Positions 17,528 to 28,530 of a stretch of DNA of 64,000 nucleotides are shown one piece after another. Each line of letters starts with the position of its first letter. The first letter of the stretch is position 1. Below the pieces are notes generated by a model that saw nothing but the letters and a program-made list of their open reading frames with translations, did not search any database and was not told the DNA's origin. The stretch is from a virus: positions 16,506 through 80,505 of the IMG/VR virus record IMGVR_UViG_3300049995_000120; one strand, 5' to 3'. The translations under genes and the position numbers were made by a program.

Positions 17528-20500
17528 TGGTTCTCCAAGTAACGGGTGTCCAGTTTGTCAATCAAGGTCTTGCTTCAACCCTGCAGGGGTTGACGCAGTA
17601 TAACAACACCTTGCTGAAGACCACGCAGACTGTGATTAATTCCACGCGCAATATCAACAATGCCTATTCCGAAGTATCCCAAAAATCCATCAAGAATTTC
17701 ACGGGTATTGGAAAGATTGCCATGGATTTTTCCAATAATATATCTACGGCTCATGGTGGGCTATTGCGATTCACGGGCGGCCTAAAAAACTTGATCCTGG
17801 TGATGTCAGGTTTTATCCTGCTGAAGCGTGTTATCAATGATATTTTTGACACGCTGAAAAATTTGTGGGGGACAATGGTAGAAGGCGCGAGCATGACCCA
17901 GTTGCTCACGATTCGTTTCCAGAACCTGACAGCGATCAGTATTCAAAATACACAGGGTATCCAAGATTACGCCACCGCGCTTCGTATGGCTAAAGGACCA
18001 GCGCAGGATTTATTGGACTGGGTGAACGTGATGGCTTCCAAAACCGTGTTTAGCCGTGACGCAGTGGCCGATGTTGTTGGCCTGGGTATGGCCTTTGATT
18101 TGACGGCAGAGCAATCCCAAACTCTGGCGAAAGCTATGATTGACTGGGCATCTGGTATGGGTTTGCAGGGCGATGCTTTACAGCGCATGATCGTGAACTT
18201 CGGTCAGATGATGCGGATGGGGAAGATCACACAGCGCGAGTTGCGCGACCTAGCCATTGGCGGTTTGTTCCCGGTCAATGAAGCCCTGCGCCGGATTGGA
18301 GAATCTGCCGGCATGTCGGGCGATGAACTCAAGGGTTTCATGCAGAAAACCGCCACATCCGGTATGCCTGTCAATGCCCTGCTCAAAGAGTTTGTGGAGA
18401 TTGCGGAAGAGCGCTTCCCGAATGCTGGTGAACGAATGGCGCAAACCTGGGCCGGCGTTACCCAAAACATTAAAGACTTTGTAACCACCATTCTTGGTGC
18501 AGCCCTGCTAGGCCCCACCATGAACAAAATCGTCAAGTCCTTATCCGATTTGTTGAATAGGGCTTTGTCACCATCTGTGCGCGGAACAGCCACCGTTATT
18601 GGCGAAGTTCTGGCGGAAAGTCTGGATAAGGTAGTTCACAATCTAAAAATATTTATATCGGTTATTGGTGATCTCTTAAAGTCTTTCGGTATTGTATTCC
18701 CTTCCGTCAACCAGATCGTAGCAGCCTTTCAGGTTCTTACAAACAATATTTCGTGGGGGTTGCGCGAAGCATCGACCGCAATCAGAGATTGGATTGACAC
18801 ATCAGGCAATACAATGGCGGAAGGGGCCAGCAAGTTTCTGAAATGGGGCATCAACCTAGTCTATCAGTTTTCAGTGGGTCTTATTCAAGGAGCGACAACT
18901 TTCCTCGCCGCGGCCATGAACGTGATAGCGTTCATCCTTTCGCTTTTCTTGGGTCCCGGTTCTCCGCCGCGTGTTGCTCCAAAGATCGATATATGGGGCA
19001 AGTCGGCCATGAATGAATTCCTGAAGGGCATGACCAAGGCTGACTTTGATATCTTGAAAGACCTGCAAGGGCCAATCCAATCCGCCCTCAATGTAATGGC
19101 TGCGCTAGGTATGATTGCCAAAGAATCGGTGGGGAAAATATTTGCGGATGTATCCAGGCAGATCATCCTTGCCATGCACCAACTCGAAACGACAGGTAAA
19201 GTCAGTGAAGCAGTGTTCAGGTCCATCCGTAAGGCCGGCGGGGAATTAGGGGACGAATTGGAAGAACTGGCGCGCCGCCAGTTCGCGTTACTCGCCGCCA
19301 TGAAAGAAGTAGAGAAAGCGCAGAAGGCTCTCACGGATGCCAAAAAGGCTGATGAATTAGCCAGCAATAAGGTGGATGAGTTAACCAAACAATATCGCGC
19401 CCTGGTGGAGGCTGGCGCGAGTAAAGATATCCTGGACGCCAAGCGCGAGGAAATCAAGGCGGCGATGGATCAGCATGACCTCACCAAAGAGGCCGTATCG
19501 GATGCGCAAGACCGCGTTGATTCTGCGAATGAAGCACTTGACCCTTTGAAGGAAGCCGTCGATCTGCAGGAGCAGATGGTACAGCAGATGATTGCGCTGG
19601 CGCAGGCGCAGGTAGACGCAACCAAGGCTGGTAGTGAAGGTGCCGCTGGTTTTGCCAGCGCACTTGGCGATGCTCTGGCTGATTTTGATGATGATATGTG
19701 GGCCACCCGTATCAAAATGCAAATGCACCAACATGGTATGCAAAGAGAACTAGAGGGCATGGTTACGAATATGCAGACCAAGTTGTCAGAGATGTGGAAA
19801 CCCATTTCAGAAAAGTGGTCAAAAGATGTCCAGCCGGCGATTGATAATTTAACCAAGTCTTTTGAGAAATTGTCTAAAGTTATTGATGGTATTGTATCAC
19901 CACTTACAGGCAAGGAAGGTGGCACAGATACTTTTGCAAAAAATCTCGGAAAAATTGTTGGTTATATAATTGGTCTTAGAATTATTATTGGGATAGGTAC
20001 TTGGTTGTTCAGTCCTTTTGCTATTCTAGCCAAATGGCTGGGAAGCATTGCCGGGACTTTATTGGGCGTAAAAGTAACACTTGGCGGAATTTTAGCATTC
20101 TTCGGCACTATTGGGGGTCTGTTAACAGGTATCGGGGTAGGGCTTATATTAATTTACTTGCTGCGAGATCGAGTAAAAATGGTAATGGCCTCTTTGGGGA
20201 ATTTAATTATGACCTTTTTCGTCTGGCTTTTTAATTATGGCATACCAGAACTCGTAAGATTTGCTAACCTAGTATTAGATTATATCTCCGATACCTTCTT
20301 GCCACAGGTTTTGGGCGCTATCACTTCTTGGATTACAGGAGAAAATGGTCTTATTGTACAGTTAGTAAAATTGGGTGTGTCAGTGGGGATTGCTTTTGCC
20401 AAGGCGATTTTACAAGGCATCACAAATGTTTTGGGGTTAGCCAATCTTGGTTCACTATTGCCAGATATTGATATTGATCTGACAGGCATAGTCAATGATA

Positions 20501-20799
20501 TCTTCGCTGATATTTTCGGTGGAGGCAAGGCAACTGGCGGATTGATAACACAAAAAGGTCTCTATGCCATGGCTGAACGAGGCCCCGAAATGGTAATCCC
20601 CGCCGGCCTTACATCCTCCTTCCTGAAAGCGGCCCACGCCATGACTTCATATAACCGCCAGCCCGTCAGCGCGCGCCCGATCTTTGCGGGTACTAATAAC
20701 AATTCCTCAAACCGCAACTACAATCTTTCCATGACCACCATGAAGTCTAGCGGGAACGTGGCCAGAGATTTCGCAATTATGGAGACACTCGCCGGATGA
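17527..20799 (+). CDS. tape measure protein
   Basis: 1090 aa helical and coiled-coil; NFGQM...GK tape-measure motif; C-terminal ATGG...AERGPEMVIP. Confidence 0.9.
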   Translation: MVLQVTGVQFVNQGLASTLQGLTQYNNTLLKTTQTVINSTRNINNAYSEVSQKSIKNFTGIGKIAMDFSNNISTAHGGLLRFTGGLKNLILVMSGFILLKRVINDIFDTLKNLWGTMVEGASMTQLLTIRFQNLTAISIQNTQGIQDYATALRMAKGPAQDLLDWVNVMASKTVFSRDAVADVVGLGMAFDLTAEQSQTLAKAMIDWASGMGLQGDALQRMIVNFGQMMRMGKITQRELRDLAIGGLFPVNEALRRIGESAGMSGDELKGFMQKTATSGMPVNALLKEFVEIAEERFPNAGERMAQTWAGVTQNIKDFVTTILGAALLGPTMNKIVKSLSDLLNRALSPSVRGTATVIGEVLAESLDKVVHNLKIFISVIGDLLKSFGIVFPSVNQIVAAFQVLTNNISWGLREASTAIRDWIDTSGNTMAEGASKFLKWGINLVYQFSVGLIQGATTFLAAAMNVIAFILSLFLGPGSPPRVAPKIDIWGKSAMNEFLKGMTKADFDILKDLQGPIQSALNVMAALGMIAKESVGKIFADVSRQIILAMHQLETTGKVSEAVFRSIRKAGGELGDELEELARRQFALLAAMKEVEKAQKALTDAKKADELASNKVDELTKQYRALVEAGASKDILDAKREEIKAAMDQHDLTKEAVSDAQDRVDSANEALDPLKEAVDLQEQMVQQMIALAQAQVDATKAGSEGAAGFASALGDALADFDDDMWATRIKMQMHQHGMQRELEGMVTNMQTKLSEMWKPISEKWSKDVQPAIDNLTKSFEKLSKVIDGIVSPLTGKEGGTDTFAKNLGKIVGYIIGLRIIIGIGTWLFSPFAILAKWLGSIAGTLLGVKVTLGGILAFFGTIGGLLTGIGVGLILIYLLRDRVKMVMASLGNLIMTFFVWLFNYGIPELVRFANLVLDYISDTFLPQVLGAITSWITGENGLIVQLVKLGVSVGIAFAKAILQGITNVLGLANLGSLLPDIDIDLTGIVNDIFADIFGGGKATGGLITQKGLYAMAERGPEMVIPAGLTSSFLKAAHAMTSYNRQPVSARPIFAGTNNNSSNRNYNLSMTTMKSSGNVARDFAIMETLAG

Positions 20800-23369
20800 G
20801 CAAACTTGTTCGCCGTTTTACCTATCATACTGTTCCAGAAGTGGCCGCTGGATATATTCTCGATCCGACAGCAGGTTATTTCAGCATCATCGTTCCAGAA
20901 GAAAGAACCAACTACGTCTGGAATCCTAGTTTTGAAACCAACGATGATCAATGGTCTGCTTCAGGGGCCAGCGCCTTTGCGCGGGTCTCAACTTATGCGC
21001 GTCGGGGTTTATATAGTCTGCAATGTACGCCTACCGCCGCCCTCACTGATGGTATAGGCTATTCCGATCCTGGTCTGGGTGGTCTTCCCGCAGGTTACTT
21101 TTCCTATAGTATAGACCTGTGGGCTTACCCCGGCGTCCCAATGATTTTTGAGGCGACCACTGGTGGAGTTACCCGATCTGTAATTACTGTAGGCAAGGGG
21201 CGATGGGAAAGAATAGGGGGCGTCCATCACGCAGCCCTGGCTGGTGGAGCCTCACTCACCATCCGCAAGAATAATTCCTGGTCTACTTATCCTTTCTATG
21301 TGGACGGCGCACAGATTGAATCGGGACTCTATCCCACTACCTATATTGATGGCGACCAGGTGGGTTATAAACAAGGACTCTTAGATTATTTCTGGCTTGG
21401 AAACCCACATGACAGTTTCAGCAAGCGTACAGCCAACTGCCGTTCAGGGGGTAAAGTCGTGCCGCTTAAAGACCTGGGATTGGAAGTGATGAGCTTTACA
21501 GGCTTGGGAATGGCAGGCGTTGAAAATGACATCATGGATTTCGGCACCTTGGATGGCGGCGAATATCACGACACCCATATGCCTACGCGCCAGTTCACGA
21601 TCACGGGTGCAATCTTCGGTAAACTGCATGGGAAGATACAACAGAAGCGGAAAGATATCATTGATGTACTCAAACCCGATTTGGTTATTCCCAAACAGGC
21701 TATGGTCTTGCGCTATGAATTTGGCAGGGGCTGTGAGAAAGATGGTCTTGTTCTGGAACTACCCTCAGTATATGTAGAAGGAATGGGGGGGCAGTTTGAC
21801 AACTTCCACCAGGAACGCATCGCACTAACCTTCAATGCCCCCTGGCCATACTTATTGGAAGACGGCTATGAGGGGAAGATCATTGATGACCTGGACTCCA
21901 CAGATGACGATGCCTGGTCTTTCCGAGATACAGGTGGTCAGTGGCACAACTACGCACATGCTACCAGCGGTGGAGGAGCCGCCAAAATCTATGACATCCT
22001 GCAGTCTGACCATTGGGGCGGACTCTTCTTTGCAGGAGATTTCGATACATTCGCGGGAGTCGCAAGCCAGAGATTGGCCTTTATGGATCTGGGGACACGC
22101 GCCATCACACAGTTTAACCCATGGGCAGATGGTACTATTTTGGTTCTGCATGAATCGCCGCGCGGTTATCTATATATGGGCGGGGAATTTGATAACATTA
22201 TTGGCGCAAAACCTCACCTGGCCTATATGGATGCGGTTGGCGCAATTCAAGATTTGGCCGGCGGGGCTGATGACACAGTTCGGGCTATTGCAACCACCTA
22301 TAACAACGATGTTTATATAGGAGGCGATTTCGCCAATGTGGGAACAGGTGGTGGCGCAATTGTAGCCGCTTTTATCGCCATGTATGATGATGACGCCGCG
22401 GTGTGGGTCAATATAACGCCTGCCGGCGCGTGTGATGGCATAGTCAGGAAAATCCTGGTCGGCGCAGATGGAAAGATTTATGTGGGCGGTCATTTTTCTA
22501 ATATTGATACCGTACCTTGTTCGCGCGTGGCGGTATACGATCCTGTTACGGGGGTATGGGATAATCTGGGAGATGGACTCACAGGCGGGAACGTATCGGA
22601 TATGTGCTTTGGCGCGGATGGTCGTCTGTATGCCGTGGGTTCATTTACGGGACCGCCAGCCTATTTTGCTGTATTCAACGGCGCGAATTGGGAGCAATTA
22701 GGGTCAGGAATTCAAACAACGATTATCGGCACCACGGCTATTTACAAAATTTGTCGTGGCCCAGACGGGAAACTGTGGTTGGCAGGAGATTTCGCCATAA
22801 AAGGCCCGTTCCAGAATGCCAATTTTGAATATTGTTCCTGGGATGGTTCTACCTTTGGCTACCTAGACGCGCAACCGCCAGGTCAGGCAGATGGTCAAGC
22901 CTGCGATGGTCTGGATATCTGCGTCACGAATGGCAATGAAATCGCCGTCAGTTTTGATTACGGAACTGCAACACCTGGTGCTCGTTTCTACTGTGGTCAG
23001 GCGCAGACCTTTACCAATAACGGCAGTTCAATTGCGCATCCTACTCTGGTTTGCCAGATCACAGGTGGGCAGTATGGGTATATGTACATCCGAAATGTCA
23101 CTACAGGAGACGAATTGCGCTTCGCCATGCTCATGGATGATGGGGGTAGGTTCTGGGTAGACATGACTCCCGGCAAGATTCGCTCCTGGTCTAACTACCG
23201 CCCCGTGGAACAGACGCTATTTGATGGCTCAGATTTAGCCACGTTCAAATTAGCACCTGGCGCGAACAGGATTGTAGTGTTCTCACACCGCTCTGAGGCC
23301 GGGGCGGTGGCAGAGACGGGTATGTACTGGCGGAAAAACTATTGGAGCGCGGATAGCGGGGTGGCCTGA
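20796..23369 (+). CDS. evolved distal tail protein (CBM-like + Dit + beta-propeller)
   Basis: follows TMP; NPSFE...VDGAQIE CBM-like segment, RQFTITG and LAPGAN Dit motifs, repeated YxGGxF propeller blades. Confidence 0.7.
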   Translation: MSKLVRRFTYHTVPEVAAGYILDPTAGYFSIIVPEERTNYVWNPSFETNDDQWSASGASAFARVSTYARRGLYSLQCTPTAALTDGIGYSDPGLGGLPAGYFSYSIDLWAYPGVPMIFEATTGGVTRSVITVGKGRWERIGGVHHAALAGGASLTIRKNNSWSTYPFYVDGAQIESGLYPTTYIDGDQVGYKQGLLDYFWLGNPHDSFSKRTANCRSGGKVVPLKDLGLEVMSFTGLGMAGVENDIMDFGTLDGGEYHDTHMPTRQFTITGAIFGKLHGKIQQKRKDIIDVLKPDLVIPKQAMVLRYEFGRGCEKDGLVLELPSVYVEGMGGQFDNFHQERIALTFNAPWPYLLEDGYEGKIIDDLDSTDDDAWSFRDTGGQWHNYAHATSGGGAAKIYDILQSDHWGGLFFAGDFDTFAGVASQRLAFMDLGTRAITQFNPWADGTILVLHESPRGYLYMGGEFDNIIGAKPHLAYMDAVGAIQDLAGGADDTVRAIATTYNNDVYIGGDFANVGTGGGAIVAAFIAMYDDDAAVWVNITPAGACDGIVRKILVGADGKIYVGGHFSNIDTVPCSRVAVYDPVTGVWDNLGDGLTGGNVSDMCFGADGRLYAVGSFTGPPAYFAVFNGANWEQLGSGIQTTIIGTTAIYKICRGPDGKLWLAGDFAIKGPFQNANFEYCSWDGSTFGYLDAQPPGQADGQACDGLDICVTNGNEIAVSFDYGTATPGARFYCGQAQTFTNNGSSIAHPTLVCQITGGQYGYMYIRNVTTGDELRFAMLMDDGGRFWVDMTPGKIRSWSNYRPVEQTLFDGSDLATFKLAPGANRIVVFSHRSEAGAVAETGMYWRKNYWSADSGVA

Positions 23370-24472
23370 TGACCACAGAGTATGAATTAACTCTATATGA
23401 CCCGCGCGGTACTGCTATTACCAAACAACTGACCGCATTTTCATCTCTGGAATACACGCGCAAGATCAACGAGGTTGGATCTTTAGTTCTAAAACTCCCA
23501 TCTCAGTTTCCTTTGTGGTGGTTCGGGCGTGATTATCGCATTGAGGTCTGGCGCTCCATTGATGGACGCCCTGCCTACCTTGACGGGGATACACAGTGGT
23601 TGATCCGCAAGATCAATATCTCACGCGAGGGCGGAGATCGCGTCCTGAATGTCACGGCATATGACCTGAACCATCTCCTGAAACGGCGTATCGTGGCCTA
23701 TGATGCAAAATCAGTATATGCCGATAAATCCGATTACGCCGATGACATGATGAAAGAAATCTTCTCTGAGAATTTTGGGATTGGTTGTATTGATGCTCTT
23801 CGCGATTGGAGCGAGTGGATTTCCATTCAACCCGATTTTGGCCTCGCCATGCCGATCGAGAAAGAGTTCGCGCGCCGCACGGTGTTCAACATCTTCCAGG
23901 AAATGGCGGAATATAGTTACCAAAACGGTATCTATCTGGCTTTTGACATCGTGCGATTGACCAGCAGTATGGTAGAGTTTCGCACTTATGTCAACCAGCG
24001 CGGGGTCGATCATAGTAAGGGCAGCCTATCTCCGCTTCTCTTCGGGGCAAAGTATGGCAACCTTACCAATGACGACTATCTGGATGATAGTAGCGAGGAA
24101 GCCACCTTCATATATGCTGGTGGCAAGGGCGAGGATGCAGCACGAGTGGTGGAAGACGCACAAGATGACGCGCGCATAGGGGTTTCTCCCTTCGGGCGGA
24201 TTGAATATTTCATCGATGCGCGCGAGACGGATGTAGCGGCAGACGTAAAGGACGAAGCCGAAGCCGAACTGCGCAAGCGCGTTCCCAAGCGAATCATCTC
24301 TGGCAAGGTCGCAGATATAGATGGTTGTCGATATGGTCTGCATTATAAAATGGGGGATAAGGTCACGGTGGAAACCGATGAGGTATCCATGGATGCGTAT
24401 ATTGATTCTGCACACGTCACGGTTTCTGGTAGTACGGAAACCATTGATGTTGGACTGGAGGCAACATGGTAA
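23369..24472 (+). CDS. baseplate hub / Gp37-like minor tail protein
   Basis: follows Dit; YAGGKGE..R and YG.HY..GD.VTV motifs of siphoviral Gp37-like proteins. Confidence 0.75.
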   Translation: MTTEYELTLYDPRGTAITKQLTAFSSLEYTRKINEVGSLVLKLPSQFPLWWFGRDYRIEVWRSIDGRPAYLDGDTQWLIRKINISREGGDRVLNVTAYDLNHLLKRRIVAYDAKSVYADKSDYADDMMKEIFSENFGIGCIDALRDWSEWISIQPDFGLAMPIEKEFARRTVFNIFQEMAEYSYQNGIYLAFDIVRLTSSMVEFRTYVNQRGVDHSKGSLSPLLFGAKYGNLTNDDYLDDSSEEATFIYAGGKGEDAARVVEDAQDDARIGVSPFGRIEYFIDARETDVAADVKDEAEAELRKRVPKRIISGKVADIDGCRYGLHYKMGDKVTVETDEVSMDAYIDSAHVTVSGSTETIDVGLEATW

Positions 24473-26649
24473 ATCATTTCGATCCTGTCCAATTCAATTT
24501 GCTCCAGCGCCAGAAAACCTTGGAAAAAGAACTGGACCGCACGAAAGTCATTGAATACCCAACGGGCGGTGGCGGCGGCGCGCACGCGCTTCTTTCCGCC
24601 ACCCATACCGATACCGTAGCAGCCACCCCTCCTGGACGCGGTAGTCTCGTTGTGGGTAGCGCCGCCAATCTGTGGGCAGAGTTCCCGCTGACTGGCTTTG
24701 GCGGGTATATCCTGACGCGCACCCCCACCGATCCTTCCTGGAGCAATATCATCCAGATCAGCAACGATGCACGGATCGGGTTGATCATCAAGGCCAACAG
24801 CGCTACCCAAACCGCCAATCTACAGGAGTGGCAGTCTAGCGCGGGTGCTTTATATACCGCCGTTGACCATATCGGCAACATAGTATTTCTTAATACGCTA
24901 CACAGCCTTGAGTCGGGGATTATTTATAAAAATGCAGAACTATGGTGCCATGATTTCAACTACGGAAATAACGGCACTGTAACCACAGTCGGCTATAACA
25001 CATTCTTGGGAACAGACGCCGGTAATCTCACTTCGGGTGCAACAGCTACAGCGGCAAATGAAAGTTCTTATAATACCGGTATAGGTCATAGAGCTTTATA
25101 TGTTAATACAACTGGCTATCGAAACACAGGCGTTGGTTGTTTTGCCCTGCGTTATCATACTGGCGGTTATCGCAACGTGGCGGTTGGATCATATGCTCTC
25201 CTGGCGAGTAACACAGGCAATTATAACGTTGGTATAGGCGATAATGTAGGCATCAGCAACACAAGTGGCTCTTATAATACTTTTGTGGGTCAGGAAGCTG
25301 CTTACAACAACACTACTGGAGCACACAATATCGCTATCGGTCGCCATGCCTTACATGACAATGACACAGGCGGCACTAATATAGCTATCGGGAATTATTC
25401 CTTATTTAGTCCCGATACTCCTTCTAATAATATTGCTATCGGCTATGACGCCATGACCCTGCTTAATAACACCGGCGAATATAATATTGCAATTGGTCGC
25501 GCCTCGCTTACGAAAGGAATAAGACACAATGTTATAGTTGGCCATCACGCTCATATAAACGGCAATATGGGCGAGTACAACTGCGCGTTAGGCAACTATA
25601 CCCTGAACCAAAATACTTCCGGGACCCTGCTCGTCGCCGGCGGATACGAAACCCTATATGCGAATGTGTCTGGAAACTACAATACGGCTTATGGTTCTTA
25701 TGCCATGCGATCAAATACCGCTGGTCACTATAACACTGCGGTGGGTTATGAGGCATTATATAGTGCTGTGCCAACTGGTTTAATCATCACAGCATTCTCG
25801 GACTATAGCGCTACCGTACCAGGTACAGTGCGCGCCACATCGACTGGTCATGGACTTCCGCCTGGAATTACAAACGGCGTTGAGATTTCAGGAACCGGCG
25901 GTCTTTATGACGGCGTTTATTCTGTAACACAAATCGACGCAGATCATTTCTATTTCACCCATGCTTGGGCAGGTGCGACTGGGGGTTGGTGGAGTTTTCA
26001 TGTGGAAGGGCAATCCAATACAGCCTGCGGTGCTCTGGCAGGCCGTAGTATTACGACTGGCTCTTCTAATTCTTTCTTGGGCGATAGCGCCGGCTACCAT
26101 GCCTCCCAAAAAGTTGATGCCTACAACTCTATGGCATTGGGTTTCGGTGCGTATACCACCGCCGACAATCAAGTCGTTATTGGAAATGGCTCTATAACAC
26201 AAGTTGTCCTAAATGGCGGAGCGATTATCAACGATCAGGCATTTGACGCAGACACCCGTATCGAAGGTAATTCTTTAACTCACATGCTATTCCTGGATGC
26301 TTCAGCGGCAACCGAGAATATAGCTTTGGTAACTACAGGTGCGCCAAACTGGCAGACCATGGATAGAGGCTTGTTCCTGGGTGACGCCAGCACCGTTCCT
26401 ACAGGAAATCCCGCCGCCGGCGTATTTATTTATTCAGAAGCAGGAGCAGCAAAATGCCGGGGCGGCGGCGGCACGATCTCCACCTTTGGTCCCAGTGAAC
26501 CTCACTGTCCTGTATGCGGGTTTGACTATATGCTGGAGTGGGAAAACGAAACGTTTGGCTATCTCGCCGTCTGCATCAATTGTCTGAGTAAAGAGTTGGG
26601 TGATAGGAAATGGATCTTGCGGGAGAAGGTAGGCCGACATGGCAACTAA
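24466..26649 (+). CDS. tail fibre/adhesin with NTAxG beta-roll repeats
   Basis: about 15 N(T/I)AxG..AL repeats; C-terminal CPVC...CINC. Confidence 0.7.
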   Translation: MVNHFDPVQFNLLQRQKTLEKELDRTKVIEYPTGGGGGAHALLSATHTDTVAATPPGRGSLVVGSAANLWAEFPLTGFGGYILTRTPTDPSWSNIIQISNDARIGLIIKANSATQTANLQEWQSSAGALYTAVDHIGNIVFLNTLHSLESGIIYKNAELWCHDFNYGNNGTVTTVGYNTFLGTDAGNLTSGATATAANESSYNTGIGHRALYVNTTGYRNTGVGCFALRYHTGGYRNVAVGSYALLASNTGNYNVGIGDNVGISNTSGSYNTFVGQEAAYNNTTGAHNIAIGRHALHDNDTGGTNIAIGNYSLFSPDTPSNNIAIGYDAMTLLNNTGEYNIAIGRASLTKGIRHNVIVGHHAHINGNMGEYNCALGNYTLNQNTSGTLLVAGGYETLYANVSGNYNTAYGSYAMRSNTAGHYNTAVGYEALYSAVPTGLIITAFSDYSATVPGTVRATSTGHGLPPGITNGVEISGTGGLYDGVYSVTQIDADHFYFTHAWAGATGGWWSFHVEGQSNTACGALAGRSITTGSSNSFLGDSAGYHASQKVDAYNSMALGFGAYTTADNQVVIGNGSITQVVLNGGAIINDQAFDADTRIEGNSLTHMLFLDASAATENIALVTTGAPNWQTMDRGLFLGDASTVPTGNPAAGVFIYSEAGAAKCRGGGGTISTFGPSEPHCPVCGFDYMLEWENETFGYLAVCINCLSKELGDRKWILREKVGRHGN

Positions 26650-27172
26650 ATATCATTTATATATTGAGGCTATATTCAATTCTGAGCGCACGATTCCATG
26701 TTCTATATTTTGTGATCTGGATAGCGAGAAGCCCACTACTGGCTTAATTCCAGGTGACAGGATTTTTTGCAAAGACACAGGAAAATTTTATAAAGCCATA
26801 TCTTCTACGAACTTGGTGGAAATTGGCGGGGGTGGAGGATCTCCTTATTGGGGCAATATACTTGGCGCAATTACCGACCAGACGGATTTAATAGCCGAAT
26901 TTGATGAAAAAGCCAACGCCACACATGCTCACATTGAAACCGATGTTACGAATCTGGTGAACGATCTGGCAGGCAAAGAGGCTGCCAATGCAAATATTCA
27001 AACGCACATCACCAGCCCCCATGCTCCGAGCAACGCGCAGAAAAACAGCGATATTACAACACAGGAGATTCAAGCCAAACTCACGGGCGAGATCAACACT
27101 CACACACATCCGGGCGGCGGGGGCGGGTTATCGCACGGACAAGTGATGTCGAGAATCTTCATAGGAGGATGA
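26639..27172 (+). CDS. minor tail fibre-like protein
   Basis: GGGGG.WG.I.G.ITDQTDL and H.H...DVT.L motifs typical of fibre segments. Confidence 0.6.
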   Translation: MATKYHLYIEAIFNSERTIPCSIFCDLDSEKPTTGLIPGDRIFCKDTGKFYKAISSTNLVEIGGGGGSPYWGNILGAITDQTDLIAEFDEKANATHAHIETDVTNLVNDLAGKEAANANIQTHITSPHAPSNAQKNSDITTQEIQAKLTGEINTHTHPGGGGGLSHGQVMSRIFIGG

Positions 27173-27176
27173 GTCC

Positions 27177-28076
27177 ATGTTTTTAGATTCTGTAACCAAA
27201 AGTTTTGAGGTTTATCTAGGCGGCGCTGTCGCCGCTAATCAACTACCAATTTACGCCAGTTATGTAGATCATACAGCCAGTGCAGCGACACCTGGAGCAA
27301 GCGATACTCAGACCAATGGCGTAACGGCGGTAACGGCAGTAGCGGCTCCGGCGGCATCCACCCAACGCCAGGTCAAGATGTTGAGCATCTACAATGCCGA
27401 TACCGCCGCCGTTACCATCTATTTTAGGCTGAATAACAACAGCACCTATCGAATTCTACGGAAATGTACTTTGGCACCTGGAGAAACTTGGGTTTATACA
27501 CCAGAAACAGGATTTAAAGTATTAGATATTTTGGGGATGGAAAAAATAGGTGGTTCACTGGTAAGAATGGCTCCCCTGTTGGGGTACTCCACCAAAGATG
27601 CGGCTAACCTAACTGCAGTAACCGCCTTGGCGACTGGCGTATGTCATGCGTATTATTTAGGCGTGGCCCCGTTTGCAACCAGCGCAATCAATTTACTCGT
27701 CAATGTCACTACCGCCTTGGTGACAATCACATGGGCCGAAACAGCTATCTATAAAGGAACTCCAGCACTCAATGGCGCTTGCCCTGACCTCACGCGCTTA
27801 GGATATGCAGATGTAAGCGCAGTTTATAACAGCACAGGGCGCAAGAACACCACCATTAATCTTACCGTGCCGGCTAATCCTGGCGATAACCTGTGGGTAT
27901 TAATTGGCGCAGCCGCTACAACCATGTGCCAAATCCGCGGGGCACTGGCTGACGACTTGCAGTGTGGAATAATCAACACACTAACGGCGCGTCCATCGCT
28001 CACCCCAGGTCCTGTTGCCGGCACACTGGCCGGCGCTACCGTTGTGCCAGGTTGGGTTGTGGTTAAGTTGAATTGA
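27177..28076 (+). CDS. virion structural protein (receptor-binding candidate)
   Basis: Ala/Thr-rich beta protein in the tail operon. Confidence 0.55.
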   Translation: MFLDSVTKSFEVYLGGAVAANQLPIYASYVDHTASAATPGASDTQTNGVTAVTAVAAPAASTQRQVKMLSIYNADTAAVTIYFRLNNNSTYRILRKCTLAPGETWVYTPETGFKVLDILGMEKIGGSLVRMAPLLGYSTKDAANLTAVTALATGVCHAYYLGVAPFATSAINLLVNVTTALVTITWAETAIYKGTPALNGACPDLTRLGYADVSAVYNSTGRKNTTINLTVPANPGDNLWVLIGAAATTMCQIRGALADDLQCGIINTLTARPSLTPGPVAGTLAGATVVPGWVVVKLN

Positions 28077-28110
28077 ACCTTATGATATAATAGGATAGAA
28101 AGGAGCACCT

Positions 28111-28530
28111 ATGGAACTCACACTCAGAGAAATCGTAAGCGCCGGCGAAGCCATCGGAAAGATGGCACAGAAAAAGAACTTGAAGCCGAAAGTTTTTTAC
28201 TGGCTGACGGTGACACAGCGCAAACTGCAGAATAGTCTGGATGCCTTCCAGCAGTCCCGCATGATGACCTTGTATAAGTACGCTAATCCTGTAGAAAAGA
28301 CGGACAACTTTGAATTCAAAGACAAAGAGGCGCGCAAAAAGTTCAATGAAGAGATGGACGAGTTTATGAAGCAAACAGAGAGCCACGAGATCAACAATAT
28401 CTTGTTCTCTGTTTTATACTGCGATCCCTCTCTTGAACTGACCCCGGCCCTGGTGACTATGCTTGGACCTTTAATAGTGATGGACGATTTACCAGACGGT
28501 GAAAAGGCCGGTTTGAATGAACCAAAGTAA
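28111..28530 (+). CDS. hypothetical protein (fibre chaperone-like)
   Basis: AAGGAG SD; helical. Confidence 0.55.
   Translation: MELTLREIVSAGEAIGKMAQKKNLKPKVFYWLTVTQRKLQNSLDAFQQSRMMTLYKYANPVEKTDNFEFKDKEARKKFNEEMDEFMKQTESHEINNILFSVLYCDPSLELTPALVTMLGPLIVMDDLPDGEKAGLNEPK

Noticed and set aside
24466-28076. Diversity-generating retroelement target in the fibre genes
   Set aside because: No reverse transcriptase and no TR/VR pair differing at adenines was seen; the repeats are protein-level NTAxG motifs
10289-28108. Many antisense and alternate-frame ORFs over the GT and structural genes
   Set aside because: Shadow ORFs with no SD or recognisable motifs, fully overlapping well-supported genes
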